The translations under genes and the position numbers were made by a program. Under the pieces are notes generated by a model. It was not told the DNA's origin. It was given only the letters and a program-made list of their open reading frames with translations, and made no database searches. A DNA stretch of 64,000 nt from Octopus bimaculoides (lineage: Eukaryota), in NCBI RefSeq assembly GCF_001194135.2, contig NC_069003.1, forward strand, positions 7,430,744 to 7,494,743. Direction: 5' to 3'. This document shows, one piece after another, positions 38,600 to 52,372 of the stretch (positions within the stretch are counted from its first letter, which is position 1; every line of letters begins with the position of its first letter).

Positions 38600-39320
38600 T
38601 TTTCTGTGTGGTAAGTAGCTTGCTTACCAACCACATGGTTCCGAGTTCAGTCCAACTGCGTGGCACCTTGGGCAAGTGTCTTCTACTATAGCCTCGGGCC
38701 GACCAAAGCCTTGTGAGTGGATTTGGTAGACGGAAACTGAAAGAAGCCCGTCGTATATATGTATATATATATATATANNNNNNNNNNNNNNNNNNNNNNN
38801 NNNNNNNNNNNNNNNNNNNNNNNNNNNNNNNNNNNNNNNNNNNNNNNNNNNNNNNNNNNNNNNNNNNNNNNNNNNNNNNNNNNNNNNNNNNNNNNNNNNN
38901 NNNNNNNNNNNNNNNNNNNNNNNNNNNNNNNNNNNNNNNNNNNNNNNNNNNNNNNNNNNNNNNNNNNNNNNNNNNNNNNNNNNNNNNNNNNNNNNNNNNN
39001 NNNNNNNNNNNNNNNNNNNNNNNNNNNNNNNNNNNNNNNNNNNNNNNNNNNNNNNNNNNNNNNNNNNNNNNNNNNNNNNNNNNNNNNNNNNNNNNNNNNN
39101 NNNNNNNNNNNNNNNTGTGTTTGTCCTCCTAGCATTGCTTGACAACCGATGCTGGTGTGTTTATGTCCCCGTCACTTAGCGGTTCGGCAAAAAGAGACCG
39201 ATAGAATAAGTACTAGGCTTACAAAGAATAAGTCCCGGGGTCGATTTGCTCGGCTAAAGGCGGTGCTCCAGCATGGCCGCAGTCAAATGACTGAAACAAG
39301 TGAAAGAGAAAAAGAGTAAA
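38600..39320 (+). mobile_element. Young family C SINE spanning a gap
   Basis: CpG-rich head and 3' domain either side of an N-gap at the internal microsatellite. Confidence 0.85.
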
Positions 39321-41284
39321 AGAAAGTACAAGGCCAGCAATTTCAGGGGAAGGAATAAATCGATTACATTGATCCCCAGTGCATAACTGGTACTTATTTA
39401 ATCGACCCCTGAAAGGATGAAAGGCAAAATTGACCTCAGTGGCATTTGAACTTGGAACATAAAGAGCCGGAAGAAACGCCACTAAGCATTTTGTCCAACA
39501 TGCTAACGATTCCACTAGCTCACCACCTTAATAATAATAATAATAATAATAATGATAATAATAATAATAAAGTTATGAGATGGTTGTAATAGCTTTAAGA
39601 GTTAATCTAATAAAAAAATAAAATAAAAAAATTGGCCACATTCATGTGGGGGGTGGCGAGGGAATGGAGTGGAGTCTTTGAAATCATTTTCCATAATCTG
39701 ATTTGCTTAATTCAGTGAAGCATGCAGAAAATCATTTGGTGTATCATCTTGTATATCGTCCGCTTCTCTCTCTTCTTGGCATATTGTCACTGGTGATTTT
39801 TCTTTGCTTCTTCTCTTATAAATATGTGAATAAAACTGAAGATTAGAAGTATGTATATGAGTGTGTGTGAGTGTGTATGTGGGGGAGGTCTTTGTTTGGT
39901 TTTGGCTTTTTTTGTGTGTTGTGTTGTATTCTTATTTATAACTCGTTGAAAATATAACATCAATAACTGGTTCTCGTTATAGCACAGCTTCCACCACCAC
40001 CACCACCACCACCACCACATCTCTCTCACAATTTATATATAATGTTTAAAAAATATAATGAAGAAAAAACAAACAAATAAATCGATGGATTATGAATAAA
40101 TATACAGTCAAATGCATTTCTCGAAGGCTTGCTCCTCATTGCTGTCGTCTTCATCATCTTATTTTCCTACATCAGACAGCACAAAGTTATCCTAACGCCT
40201 GATCAATTCTTCAACTATTCATACAGATCAAAACTTCTGTTAAATACTTTCCCTGAGATGAAACACTTCTCACTTACATTTGCATCTCGCCATGTTTTAA
40301 CTAGCGGTGTTTTTTTTAAAATTCTACTTTCACTTTCCCATTTTATTTTTGTTATAAGGATTCTACTATTTTTTTTTTGTGCTGTGTGAGTGTTTTACAC
40401 AGAACACTTCAAATTATTGAAATAAAATAAAATAAGGGGGGAGGGAAAAAGAGACAAAGAAACAGTTTAAAACAAAATCGTTAAAATATCAAAAAGGAGA
40501 GAGGGGGAGGAAAACGAGAGTATCAGTTAACGAGCTAATCCATTATTTGTTTATTTGTGATTTCTCACAAATCTGGTCATAAATATTGATTGGTTGTAGT
40601 GAATCTTATTATGAGTAGATTACTTCTGTTCTTTGTCAGAGATTTGAATGTAAACAGAAGCAGATATAGATCACACCTACTTCATAGATGGCATTTTATT
40701 TTAACACAATTACCATAAATTTACTTAAGCAGTCTACAAAGCAGAAAACTTTGAAATAGAAATAAATAAAATATGCACAGAACTTCCCAAAGGAGTTGAA
40801 ATATGCAGCTGCCATAAAGGCATGGAGAATTTCACTTGTGCAAACCATGTTAAATGAAACATAAAATCATCTCTCTATTACAACTTAGGGCTAAATGTTA
40901 TAAAGATATCAAGGATTTTTTTGTTTGGCAGGGATAAATAGCCTCAGTAATGATACTTAAAAGCTCTAATTTGAGTGGATAAAATGTGCAGGAAGCACTC
41001 TAGTGCAATGGATAACCCAGTTGTCTGGACTACAATGAATGCATGCTTCAATGCCCATGAGTGGTTTTATTTATATTTTTTTAAATTCTTTTACTCATTT
41101 CAGTCATTGGACTGTGACCATGCTGGAGCACTGCCTGGAAAGGCTTATTTGCATAAATCAATCCCAGTACTTACTTTAAGTCTAGTATTTATTCTATTGA
41201 TCTCTTTTGTTGGAGCACTAAGTTACAAGGACATTAACAAATCAACACTAGCTGTCAAGTGGAGGAGAATGTAACAAAGCTCTA

Positions 41285-41318
<34 letters not shown>

Positions 41319-41939
41319 TCATCAACATTTGATGTTCATTTTCCATGCTGGCATGGGTTGAATGATTCAACAAGAGCTGATAAGCCAGAAGAATGTGCCA
41401 AGATCTCTTGTCTACTTTGGCATTGTTTCTACAACTGGATACCCTTCCTAACCCTGACACTTGCTAAGCAGATAAGTGACAGAGACATGAACAAACTAAT
41501 GCCAGTTATCAAGCAGTTGTGGTGGGGGGACAAACACAGATCCACACACACATACACATGATGGGCTTCCACACAGTTTCCATGTACCAAATTCACTCAC
41601 AAGGCATTGGTAGGTAAGAGACAATTGTCCAAGGTGCCATACAGTAGGACTGAACCTGAAACCAGGCAGGTGTAAAGCAAGCTTCTTAACCACATGATTG
41701 TGTCTGATATAAAAAAAAACATAACAAAGAAAAAAGTGCGGGGTGGGGGCAGAANNNNNNNNNNGATGTGAAATGCGTGGGTGAATGATACATTTAATTT
41801 AACCATTGCTGTTTTACAAAGAAATAAATTTAAGAATGTTCCAGAATCTGACTAATAATAAGTTCATGGTGAACCCATAAAATTTTTCAGATTTTTTCTT
41901 GTATTATGTATCTAGACCAAAAATTGTGGAAATATTATA

Positions 41940-42238
41940 AGCTAGATAGATAGCTAGATAGATAGCTAGATAGGTAGCTAGATAGCTAGCTAGATAGCTA
42001 GCTAGATAGCTAGCTAGATAGCTAGCTAGATAGCTAGCTAGATAGCTAGCTAGATAGATAGACAGATAGATAGATAGACAGATAGATAGACAGATAGATA
42101 GATAGACAGATAGATAGATAGACAGATAGATAGATAGACAGATAGATAGACAGATAGATAGATAGACAGATAGATAGACAGATAGAGACAGATAGATAGA
42201 TAGATAGATAGACAGATAGACATATAGCTAGCTAGATA
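41940..42238. repeat. (TAGC)n/(GATA)n/(GACA)n tetranucleotide tract
   Basis: Direct inspection. Confidence 0.95.
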
Positions 42239-43170
42239 TCTTTTTATTATAGCCACACAGGGCTAAATACAGAAAATGGACAAATTACAAAGTAGAGCTT
42301 TTCTTGGGGNNNNNNNNNNNNNNNNNNNNNNNNNNNNNNNNNNNNNNNNNNNNNNNNNNNNNNNNNNNNNNNNNNNNNNNNNNNNNNNNNNNNNNNNNNN
42401 NNNNNNNNNNNNNNNNNNNNNNNNNNNNNNNNNNNNNNNNNNNNNNNNNNNNNNNNNNNNNNNNNNNNNNNNNNNNNNNNNNNNNNNNNNNNNNNNNNNN
42501 NNNNNNNNNNNNNNNNNNNNNNNNNNNNNNNNNNNNNNNNNNNNNNNNNNNNNNNNNNNNNNNNNNNNNNNNNNNNNNNNNNNNNNNNNNNNNNNNNNNN
42601 NNNNNNNNNNNNNNNNNNNNNNNNNNNNNNNNNNNNNNNNNNNNNNNNNNNNNNNNNNNNNNNNNNNNNNNNNNNNNNNNNNNNNNNNNNNNNNNNNNNN
42701 NNNNNNNNNNNNNNNNNNNNNNNNNNNNNNNNNNNNNNNNNNNNNNNNNNNNNNNNNNNNNNNNNNNNNNNNNNNNNNNNNNNNNNNNNNNNNNNNNNNN
42801 NNNNNNNNNNNNNNNNNNNNNNNNNNNNNNNNNNNNNNNNNNNNNNNNNNNNNNNNNNNNNAATGGTGTCGTCTTTCATTCTTACCATTCTTGCCACATT
42901 TACCCATTTTTTATTGAAACTTTCATTCGACAACACTTTCCTCTCTATCCTCATCCTCCTTTTCAAGTGGTACTTGAAAAAGTTGACGAGGGACTGACCA
43001 GAGAGGAAAGTGTTTGTTTGTAGACCTTTCAAACGCGTCCACCACACGCATTCTTTTGCCATAGCTATCAGTGTTACAAAAACCGTTTTCCCTTCCCGTT
43101 TAAAGGAAGGTGGCGGAACAATATTCACGATAGACTCGGCTGATAAATGGGCTCGTCCCACACGCCCACT
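42239..43170 (-). mobile_element. 5'-truncated L1/Tx1-like LINE with 16-bp TSD
   Basis: About 100 open codons (..VFVTLIAMAKECVWWTRLKG..LVNFFKYHLKRRMRIERKVL..FNKKWVNV) running into a gap; A-rich 3' end; TSD TATAGCTAGCTAGATA at 42223-42238 and 43171-43186; clade assignment from motif memory. Confidence 0.7.
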
Positions 43171-43207
43171 TATAGCTAGCTAGATAGATAGATAGACAGA
43201 TAGATAA

Positions 43208-43240
<33 letters not shown>

Positions 43241-44189
43241 TAGATAGATAGATAGAGATAGAGAGAGAGAGAGTGAGAGATGGACAGACAAACTGACAGA
43301 GAATTGATTTTCTACAACTGGATGCCCTTCCTGTTGCCAACACTCACCTGTTTCCAAGTAAGCTCATATTTCTTCATGGCTAGACATGCTTTTCATGAAA
43401 GGCTGGAAGCAAAATTCCTAGTATGAAGGAGGAGACACTTGTTTCCAAGAACCAAATGATGTCACAATGAGGAAGCATATATCATACACACACATGCATT
43501 CATACAAATATAAAAGCATACTACATGTACAACTAATGCAACCTTGTCACACCCTCTCCACTACTCCTACACCTCGTACATTTATTCTACTGCTTTCTGC
43601 TCTATTTTCCTTCCTGAACCACCCCTACTACATTTCCTACTTTACCCATCTACATACTGGTATTTCCCATCAACTGCACCCCCATTCTTGTTCATCACCT
43701 CTCTACCCAAACCTCTACCTCCACTCGTTTACTTCCCCCTCACACTCTAATGAAAGCATCCACTCCCTCATCTCCTCACATGATCCACCATCCTTGTCCT
43801 CTCTTACGCTCACCTTCTTGAGTTTGGACTCACACTCCATTGCTACCTCCCTCTTATCTCTTTCAGCCATATATCTCCTCCATAGCAAACCCTGTGATTG
43901 TCTCTCGATCAAATTTTAGCCTTTCAACACCTGATGAAAGCTTTTTACTCCCTTTCTTTTTTTCTGTCTTGCAAGTTACTTGGCAACCCCACTCATGCTG
44001 GTGCCAGGAAAATAGCACTCAGTACACTCTGCTCTGCAAAGTGGTTGGCACTAGGAAGGGCATCCTGCCATAGAAACCTTGCCAAAGATGAGGTTGGACC
44101 TGACGCAGTGCTGCTGCAGTTCAGTAGTACCCTCTTAAAGTGTCCTACCTATGCCGGCCTTGTATGCACACATTAAATGATGATGAAGT

Positions 44190-44211
44190 AAATGAACAGA
44201 GAGAGATAGAT

Positions 44212-44254
<43 letters not shown>

Positions 44255-44690
44255 TGGATGGATAGTGAGACAAATAGATAGCAAGACGAATGGATGGATA
44301 GATGGATGGATAGATAGATAAATGGATGGATTTATAGATGGATAGATAGATAGATAAATGGAGGGATGGATAGATAGATAAATGGAGAGATGGATAGATA
44401 GAAAAGATAGACAGATAGATAGACAGATAGACAGATAGATAGNNNNNNNNNNATAGATAGCAAGACGAATGGATGGATAGATGGATGGATAGATAGATAA
44501 ATGGATGGATTTATAGATGGATAGATAGATAGATAAATGGAGGGATGGATAGATAGATAAATGGAGAGATGGATAGATAGAAAAGATAGACAGATAGATA
44601 GACAGATAGACAGATAGATAGATAGATAGATAGATAGAAAGACAGACAGATAGACAGATATAGATAGATAGATAGTTAGGTAGGTAGGTA
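44190..44690. repeat. (GA)n/(GATA)n/(GGAT)n tract
   Basis: Direct inspection. Confidence 0.9.
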
Positions 44691-44897
44691 CGCACATACA
44701 CACAAACACACATGCACCTCTTTCAGTTTCTATCTACCAAATCCACTCATTAGGTTTTGCTCATCCCAGAGCTATAAAATACATTTCCCAAAGTGCCACA
44801 CACGGGACTGAACATGAAATCATATGGTTGGGAAGCAAGCTTCTTAACCAAACAGCCATATCTGCATCTATATAAAAGAAAAAGGTTTAAATTTCAA

Positions 44898-44928
<31 letters not shown>

Positions 44929-44938
44929 GAAAGAGAGA

Positions 44939-44974
<36 letters not shown>

Positions 44975-45513
44975 AGGTAATTACAAGAGTTAATTTGAAT
45001 GATGAAGAAGAGTTAAAATAATGAGACTAAATGACTTGATGGTGCTGGTGGCAGTAGTGATAGAGGAAGAACATGACCAAGGTGGCTGAAGCAAAAATTG
45101 ATCAAAAGTTGCGTTTTCCTGCAAGTTTGGGTCAACAGTAACGAAAGTCAATGGAACCTATGAACCAACAAAGTCAAATTATGCTGTCACTTGCGATTGG
45201 TATCTTGTAGAGTCAGTGGGGAAAGAGACTTCGTTTTTAATAGCTAAAGTCCATTTTATACTTTAACTAAATGGTACAGGTCATGCTATAAATAGTAGCA
45301 ACACTATATATATACACACACACACACACACATCACATATATATACTCATAAATATATACATACATATATATATATATGGCTCGCCAGCTCCTGTCAAAA
45401 TGTCCAATCCATGCCAGCATAGAAAACAGACATTAAATGACATATATACATGTCGTAAGTATACACACATTTATATATGGATGTATATGTAGGTATATAC
45501 ATGCACTTATATA

Positions 45514-45552
<39 letters not shown>

Positions 45553-47030
45553 NNNNNNNNNNNNNNNNNNNNNNNNNNNNNNNNNNNNNNNNNNNNNNNN
45601 NNNNNNNNNNNNNNNNNNNNNNNNNNNNNNNNNNNNNNNNNNNNNNNNNNNNNNNNNNNNNNNNNNNNNNNNNNNNNNNNNNNNNNNNNNNNNNNNNNNN
45701 NNNNNNNNNNNNNNNNNNNNNNNNNNNNNNNNNNNNNNNNNNNNNNNNNNNNNNNNNNNNNNNNNNNNNNNNNNNNNNNNNNNNNNNNNNNNNNNNNNNN
45801 NNNNNNNNNNNNNNNNNNNNNNNNNNNNNNNNNNNNNNNNNNNNNNNNNNNNNNNNNNNNNNNNNNNNNNNNNNNNNNNNNNNNNNNNNNNNNNNNNNNN
45901 NNNNNNNNNNNNNNNNNNNNNNNNNNNNNNNNNNNNNNNNNNNNNNNNNNNNNNNNNNNNNNNNNNNNNNNNNNNNNNNNNNNNNNNNNNNNNNNNNNNN
46001 NNNNNNNNNNNNNNNNNNNNNNNNNNNNNNNNNNNNNNNNNNNNNNNNNNNNNNNNNNNNNNNNNNNNNNNNNNNNNNNNNNNNNNNNNNNNNNNNNNNN
46101 NNNNNNNNNNNNNNNNNNNNNNNNNNNNNNNNNNNNNNNNNNNNNNNNNNNNNNNNNNNNNNNNAAACAAATAATAAATGAGTATATGCATATATACATA
46201 CAAGTATGTGCATACCTACATCTACCTGTATATATAGATGCATATCTGGGTACAGGACATTGCAAACAAAACGTAGACAAAAAAATAATAATAACCAGAG
46301 TACAGAAAAACACACAGGCCACATAGAGAACATTTTCCTTCATCAGCTGCCCCCATTCTAACACAGGCGTTTCGAAGAGTTATGTGTGTATGCACACATG
46401 CATGCTTGTCTTGTCACTCTCCATTGCTGAATTCAAATACTCTCCTAAGTGTACCTTTCAGACATCTGTAATTACGAGCTAAACAAAAACACAAGACTTG
46501 AAGCTGTGCCCCTGACGTTCATTTCCTGTTTTATGAAAACAATTTTAACCCCTTTATCTCAGCATATTTCTAACATGCAGACTTTCATTTTTTTATATTG
46601 GTTTTATTTTTCAATACAATCAAGATTTTAGAAATGTTTCGTAAAATACCTCTCCTTTTTATTTATATACATTAGATGTGGCTGTGTGGTCGAGAAGTTT
46701 GGTTCCCAACCACATGGTTCTGGGTTCAGTCCCACAGCATAGCACCTTGGGAAAGTGTCTTCTATTAAAGCCCTGGACTGTACAAGGCCTTGAACAGATA
46801 TGATAGATACACACACTATATATACATATATTTTTTTTTTTCAGTCATGTGACTGCGGCCATGCTGGAGCACTGCTTTTAGTCGAACAAATTGACCTCAG
46901 GACTTATTCTTTTGTAAAGCCTAGTACTTATTCTATCGATGCCTTTTGCTGAACTGCTACTGTTATGGGGACGTAAACACACCAACATCAGTTGTCAAGT
47001 GATGGTGGGGGGTACAAACACAGACACACA

Positions 47031-47070
<40 letters not shown>

Positions 47071-47533
47071 AGGCTTCTTTCAGTTTCCATCTACCAAATC
47101 CACTCACAAGGCTTTGGTTGGCCCTAGGCTATAGTAGAAGATACTTGCCCAAGGCCCCACACAGTGGGACTGAACCTTTTTCATTTCAAGATTGCAAAGC
47201 ACGATTTGAAGATGTGGTTATTTCTAGCAGATCAAATGACTACGTAAAGATTCCTTCATTGGATATTAACTATCTGGAACCACATGTTTTAACGAGATTT
47301 TAATTAAAATATGAACACTATCAGTGTCAGTGGTCTCAGGTGGATTCGCATTAGAAAAAATGTTAATCAGCTAAAAATCTAATATCAATAAACGATTTTG
47401 TGATTCCATTCCCATTCCCTATCGCTCGTCAATAACACAATTGGATATACACGAACAGTAGAAGCCATTTCTGATAAAATCTGATCTAGAGACAAACCAG
47501 TGAACATAGGAATATATCAGGAAAAGGGTTTAA

Positions 47534-47879
47534 CCCTTTTGATACCAACCCAGTTGAAACCGTCTCTGGCTTTGTAGTACAAATGTCTTGCTCTCAAGAG
47601 TTCTGAAACCTTAGTCACAATTTATGTATGTTCCTAACACTAGCTTAATTATAACTCTTTGCTCTTTTGCTTGTTTCAGTCATTTGACTGCGGCCATGCT
47701 GGAGCACCGACTTTAGTCGAGAAAATCGACCCCAGGACTTATTCTTTGTAAGCCTAGTACTTATTTTATCGGTCTCTTTTTGCCAAACTGCTAAGTTACG
47801 GGGACGTAAACATACCAGCATCGGTTGTCAAGCGATGGTGGGGAGACAAACACAGACACACAAACACACACACACACAT

Positions 47880-47910
<31 letters not shown>

Positions 47911-48174
47911 CATATATACGACGGGCTTCTTTCAGTTTCCATCTACCAAATTCACTCACAAGGCTTTGGTCAGCCTGAGGCTATAGTAGAAGACACTTGC
48001 CCAAGGTGCCACATGGTGGGACTGAACCCGGAACCATGTGGTTGGTAAGAAAGCTACTTACCACACAGCCACTCCTGCGCCTAAAACTAAATTATTTTAC
48101 TAAGCGCTTTGTTATATTTAAAATTAATTGAAACAAACACAGAGCATCTCAACAGAAATATGGTAACGAAAGGG
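47534..48174. mobile_element. Complete piggyBac-like MITE (TTAA-CCCTTT...AAAGGG-TTAA) split by a SINE
   Basis: TTAA at 47530-47533 and 48175-48178; CCCTTT/AAAGGG termini. Confidence 0.8.
47657..48081 (-). mobile_element. Full-length young family C SINE
   Basis: Head GGCGCAGGAGTGGCTGTGTGG, B box GGGTTCAGTCCC, CCTTGGGCAAG CORE-like block; probable TSD TATAACT/TAAAACT. Confidence 0.9.
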
Positions 48175-48339
48175 TTAAAGAATTATCTTTTGTGTTTCAC
48201 TTGTTTATGTCACTGGGTTGTGGAAATGCTGGGGCACTGCATTGAAGGGTTTAGTTGAACCAATTGATTCCGGTACATATTCTTTTAAGCCTTGCATTCC
48301 TTCTGTTGAACTCCTTTTTTGCTAAACTGCAAAATAATA

Positions 48340-49217
48340 ATAATCCTTTCTATTATAGGCACAAGGCCAGCAATTTCAGGGGAGGGGATAAGTTGATTAG
48401 ATCAACCCCAGTGTTTGGCTGCGCATATTTTGATACCAAAAGGATGAATGGCAAAGTCAACCTCGGTGGCATTTGAATGTAAAGAAGTACAAAATGCCAC
48501 CAAGCATTTTGTCCAGCATGCTAATGACTGTCAGCTCCCTGCCTTAATAAAGGGGTTTCAAATTTTGGGACAGGGCCAGTAATTTTGAGGGAGGGGGTTA
48601 AATTGGATAAGATCGATCCCAGTGCTTAAGTGGCACTTAATTTATCAACCCCAAAAGAATGAAAGGCAAAATTAACCTCAGTAGAATTTGAACTGTAAAC
48701 AAAGACGAACAAAATGCTGTTAAGCATCTTGCCCGGCGTGCTAACGATTCTGCCAGCTCACCACCATAATCTCCTAATATAATAATGAGCACAGTATTTT
48801 TATATATTAAATNNNNNNNNNNNNNNNNNNNNNNNNNNNNNNNNNNNNNNNNNNNNNNNNNNNNNNNNNNNNNNNNNNNNNNNNNNNNNNNNNNNNNNNN
48901 NNNNNNNNNNNNNNNNNNNNNNNNNNNNNNNNNNNNNNNNNNNNNNNNNNNNNNNNNNNNNNNNNNNNNNNNNNNNNNNNNNNNNNNNNNNNNNNNNNNN
49001 NNNNNNNNNNNNNNNNNNNNNNNNNNNNNNNNNNNNNNNNNNNNNNNNNNNNNNNNNNNNNNNNNNNNNNNNNNNNNNNNNNNNNNNNNNNNNNNNNNNN
49101 NNNNNNNNNNNNNNNNNNNNNNNNNNNNNNNNNNNNNNNNNNNNNNNNNNNNNNNNNNNNNNNNNNNNNNNNNNNNNNNNNNNNNNNNNNNNNNNNNNNN
49201 NNNNNNNNNNNNNNNNN

Positions 49218-49248
<31 letters not shown>

Positions 49249-49590
49249 GTGTGTGTGTACAAGGGAAGTATGTGAATGTATGTATGTGTGATTATTACGT
49301 ACCTTATTTATACATAAAATACTACAATTAGTTGTCATTATTGACGGCACGTGGTCAGCTAGTAATAATAATAATAATAGTTTTAAATTTTGCCACAAGG
49401 GCAGCCATTTTGGGGGAGGGGGATGAGTCAATTACATCGACCCCAGTGTTTCACTGGTACTTATTCTATCGACCTAGAAAGGATGAAAAGCAACGTCAAC
49501 CTCAGCAGAATTTGAACTGAAAATATAAAGATGAACAAAATGTTGTTAAGCATTTTGCCAAGCATGCTAATGATTCTGCCAGCTCACCAC
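48340..49590 (-). mobile_element. Array of family B SINEs with (AAT)n spacers, gap inside
   Basis: Copies about 48340-48545, 48550-48765, 49380-49590. Confidence 0.75.
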
Positions 49591-49594
49591 CATG

Positions 49595-49632
<38 letters not shown>

Positions 49633-50027
49633 TGTTTGTATTGTTGTACAGGCATACATTTATAAAAGAAGAATACAAATGATTTAATTGATTTCCAGCA
49701 GTATATTAACTTGTATATATTTTATTAATTGCTACCCCAGAAGAAAAAAAAATAAAAGTTTACCTCCACTAGATTTGAACTCTGAACTTAAAACTGTATA
49801 ACTAAATACTACCAAACACTTAATCCAACCCACTACCACTTCCATCACTCCTTTTACCTTCCATATAATTAAAGACTAATTAATTCATTAATGTAGGAAT
49901 TAACCAATAACAAAGTCTTCTGCTAGCTGGAAGGTTAAGATTTCGTCAATACAAATTCATTGATGTTAATTGTGGTTTGTGACCAAGATGGAATGAACGA
50001 CAAAATAAGAGGTGAGATGTGTGTATA

Positions 50028-50088
<61 letters not shown>

Positions 50089-50100
50089 GCATATATATAT

Positions 50101-50941
50101 ACAAACAGCTAAGATGCATAGCAGTGAAGCATGGGCTATGACAGCCAAGGAGATGCATAGGCTTGAAAGAAATGAGGCCAGTATGCTTCGCTGGATGTGC
50201 AATGTCAGTCTGCATGTTTGACAGAGTGTAACCATCTTGAGAGAAAAGTTGGGCATAAGAGGAATCAGATGTGGTGTGCAAGAGAGACGACTGCGCTGGT
50301 ATGGTCATGTGATGCATATGGACAAAGACAGTTGTGTGAAGAAGTGCTGATCTCTAACTGTGGAGGGAACCTGTGGTAGTGGTAGACCCAGGAAAACACA
50401 TGGGATGAGGTGGTGAAGCATGATCTTAGAATTTTGAGCCTCAAGAGGCAATGATTGGTGACTAAGACCTTTGGCGATGTGCTGTGCTTGAGAGGACCCG
50501 GCAAGCCAAGTTCACCCTTGCTGGTGGCACGTAAAAAACATCTTTTGAACGTTGGGCCTCACGGATGCAAAGTGGCCGAGTTCCTTTTGAGTGTTGGGCC
50601 TCAAGGAGGCAATGACCAAGACCTTTGGCATTACGTTGTGCTTGAGAAGAAGACCCATCAAGCCGAGCAAAATCGCAGTCGTGGCAGATACCAGTGTCAC
50701 GCAAATTGGCACACGTGCCGATGGCACATAAACGTACCCTAGTGTCATGCAAATGGCACCCATGCCAGTGGCATGTAGAGCACCCATTACACTCTCAGAG
50801 TGGCTGGCATTAGGAAGGGCATCCAGCCTTAGAAAACCATGCCAAATCAGACTTGAGTCTGGCGCAGCCTTCCAGCGTGTTAACCCAGTCAAACTGTCCA
50901 ACCCATGCCAGCATGGACAACAGATGTATGATAATGATGAT
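50101..50941 (+). mobile_element. RTE LINE 3' end (ORF2 C-terminus, 3' UTR, GAT tail), decayed
   Basis: HSSEAWAMTAKEMHRLERNEASMLRWMCNV.., then QERRLRWYGHV..GRPRKT-type motifs with frameshifts. Confidence 0.85.
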
Positions 50942-50944
50942 GTG

Positions 50945-50975
<31 letters not shown>

Positions 50976-51989
50976 CCAAAATTAGGGGATGAAGTAGATA
51001 AAATCCAGGCTACATATGTTTCATAACGAGCAGAACATCGGAAGTAGTAAGCTTTTCCAGGTTATCAATCTTCAATATGGGAAAAACTTACAACCTTCTA
51101 CGTCAATAAACCACTATTGTTCCTGAAAGTTGTTTTTTTTATACCTTCTATGGACTGCTTGAAGCTTACTAACTTCCTACACCTTGATCCTTGGATCTTA
51201 CTTTTACTTATTATATATATATATCATCATCGTTTAATGGCCGTCTTCCATGCTAGCATAGGTGGCACGGTTTGACAAGGGCCAGCCAGGCAGAAGCATG
51301 CACCAGACTTCTGTGACTGTTTTGGCAGGATTTTTACAGCTGGATGCCCTTCCTAATACCAACCACTCAGTAGAGTGGACTTAGTGCTTTTTACATGGCA
51401 CAAGCACTGGCAAGGTCAGTTTCGGCAAGGTTTTTACAGCTGGATATCCTTCCAAACACCAACCACTTTACAGTGTGGGCTGAGTGCTTTTAAGTGGCAC
51501 CTGCACTGACAGGGTCACCAAGTACTTGCAAAACAATATATATATATATATAAGAGTTCCAACTCTGTCTGTTTTTTATGTTTTATTTATATTCTTATAA
51601 AATTAATGTGGGATATAGAATATGGAATATATAATATAAATAGTAAAATGAAATGAAGTATTGAATGTCTTATTGAATATATGAAATATTGAGTATTGAA
51701 TATATATANNNNNNNNNNNNNNNNNNNNNNNNNNNNNNNNNNNNNNNNNNNNNNNNNNNNNNNNNNNNNNNNNNNNNNNNNNNNNNNNNNNNNNNNNNNN
51801 NNNNNNNNNNNNNNNNNNNNNNNNNNNNNNNNNNNNNNNNNNNNNNNNNNNNNNNNNNNNNNNNNNNNNNNNNNNNNNNNNNNNNNNNNNNNNNNNNNNN
51901 NNNNNNNNNNNNNNNNNNNNNNNNNNNNNNNNNNNNNNNNNNNNNNNNNNNNNNNATCCATCCAATTGTACCAAGGATTTCACACATTT

Positions 51990-52372
51990 TCCATAGACTG
52001 CGGCTATGCTGGAGCACTGCTTTAAAGAGTTTTAGTCGAACAAATCAACCCCAGGACTTTTTTTTAAGCCTAGTACTTACTATATCAGCTCCTTTTGCCG
52101 AACCGCTAAGTTGCAGAGATGGAACCACACCAACACCAGTTGTCAAGCGGTGATAGGAGTACAAAGAGAGGCACAAAGACACACACACACAAACATATAT
52201 ATATATATATATATACAATGGGCTTCTTTCAGTTTCTGTCTACCATTCACAAGGCTTTGGTCAACCTGAGGTTACAGTAAAAAACACTTGCCCATGTTGC
52301 CATACAGTGGGACTGAACCCGTAACCATGTGGTTGGGAAGTAAGCACTTTACCACACAGCCACTCCTGCACC
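51990..52372 (-). mobile_element. Full-length family C SINE
   Basis: Colinear with 47657-48081. Confidence 0.85.

Noticed and set aside
43931-43950. CTGATGA motifs at 43931, 27001, 25113 (+) and 13459 (-)
   Set aside because: No stem II followed by GAAA
44262-44630. About 180-bp exact duplication in the GATA tract
   Set aside because: Separated by a 10-N gap; likely assembly artefact
46325-46385. GAAAC..CTGATGA on the minus strand (possible type II hammerhead)
   Set aside because: Triplet is GCC rather than NUH, and stems I and II do not form
47194-47246. Possible plus-strand micro-exon DCKARFEDVVISSRSNDY, and a similar candidate at 31546
   Set aside because: Weak donors, no homology and no consistent gene model
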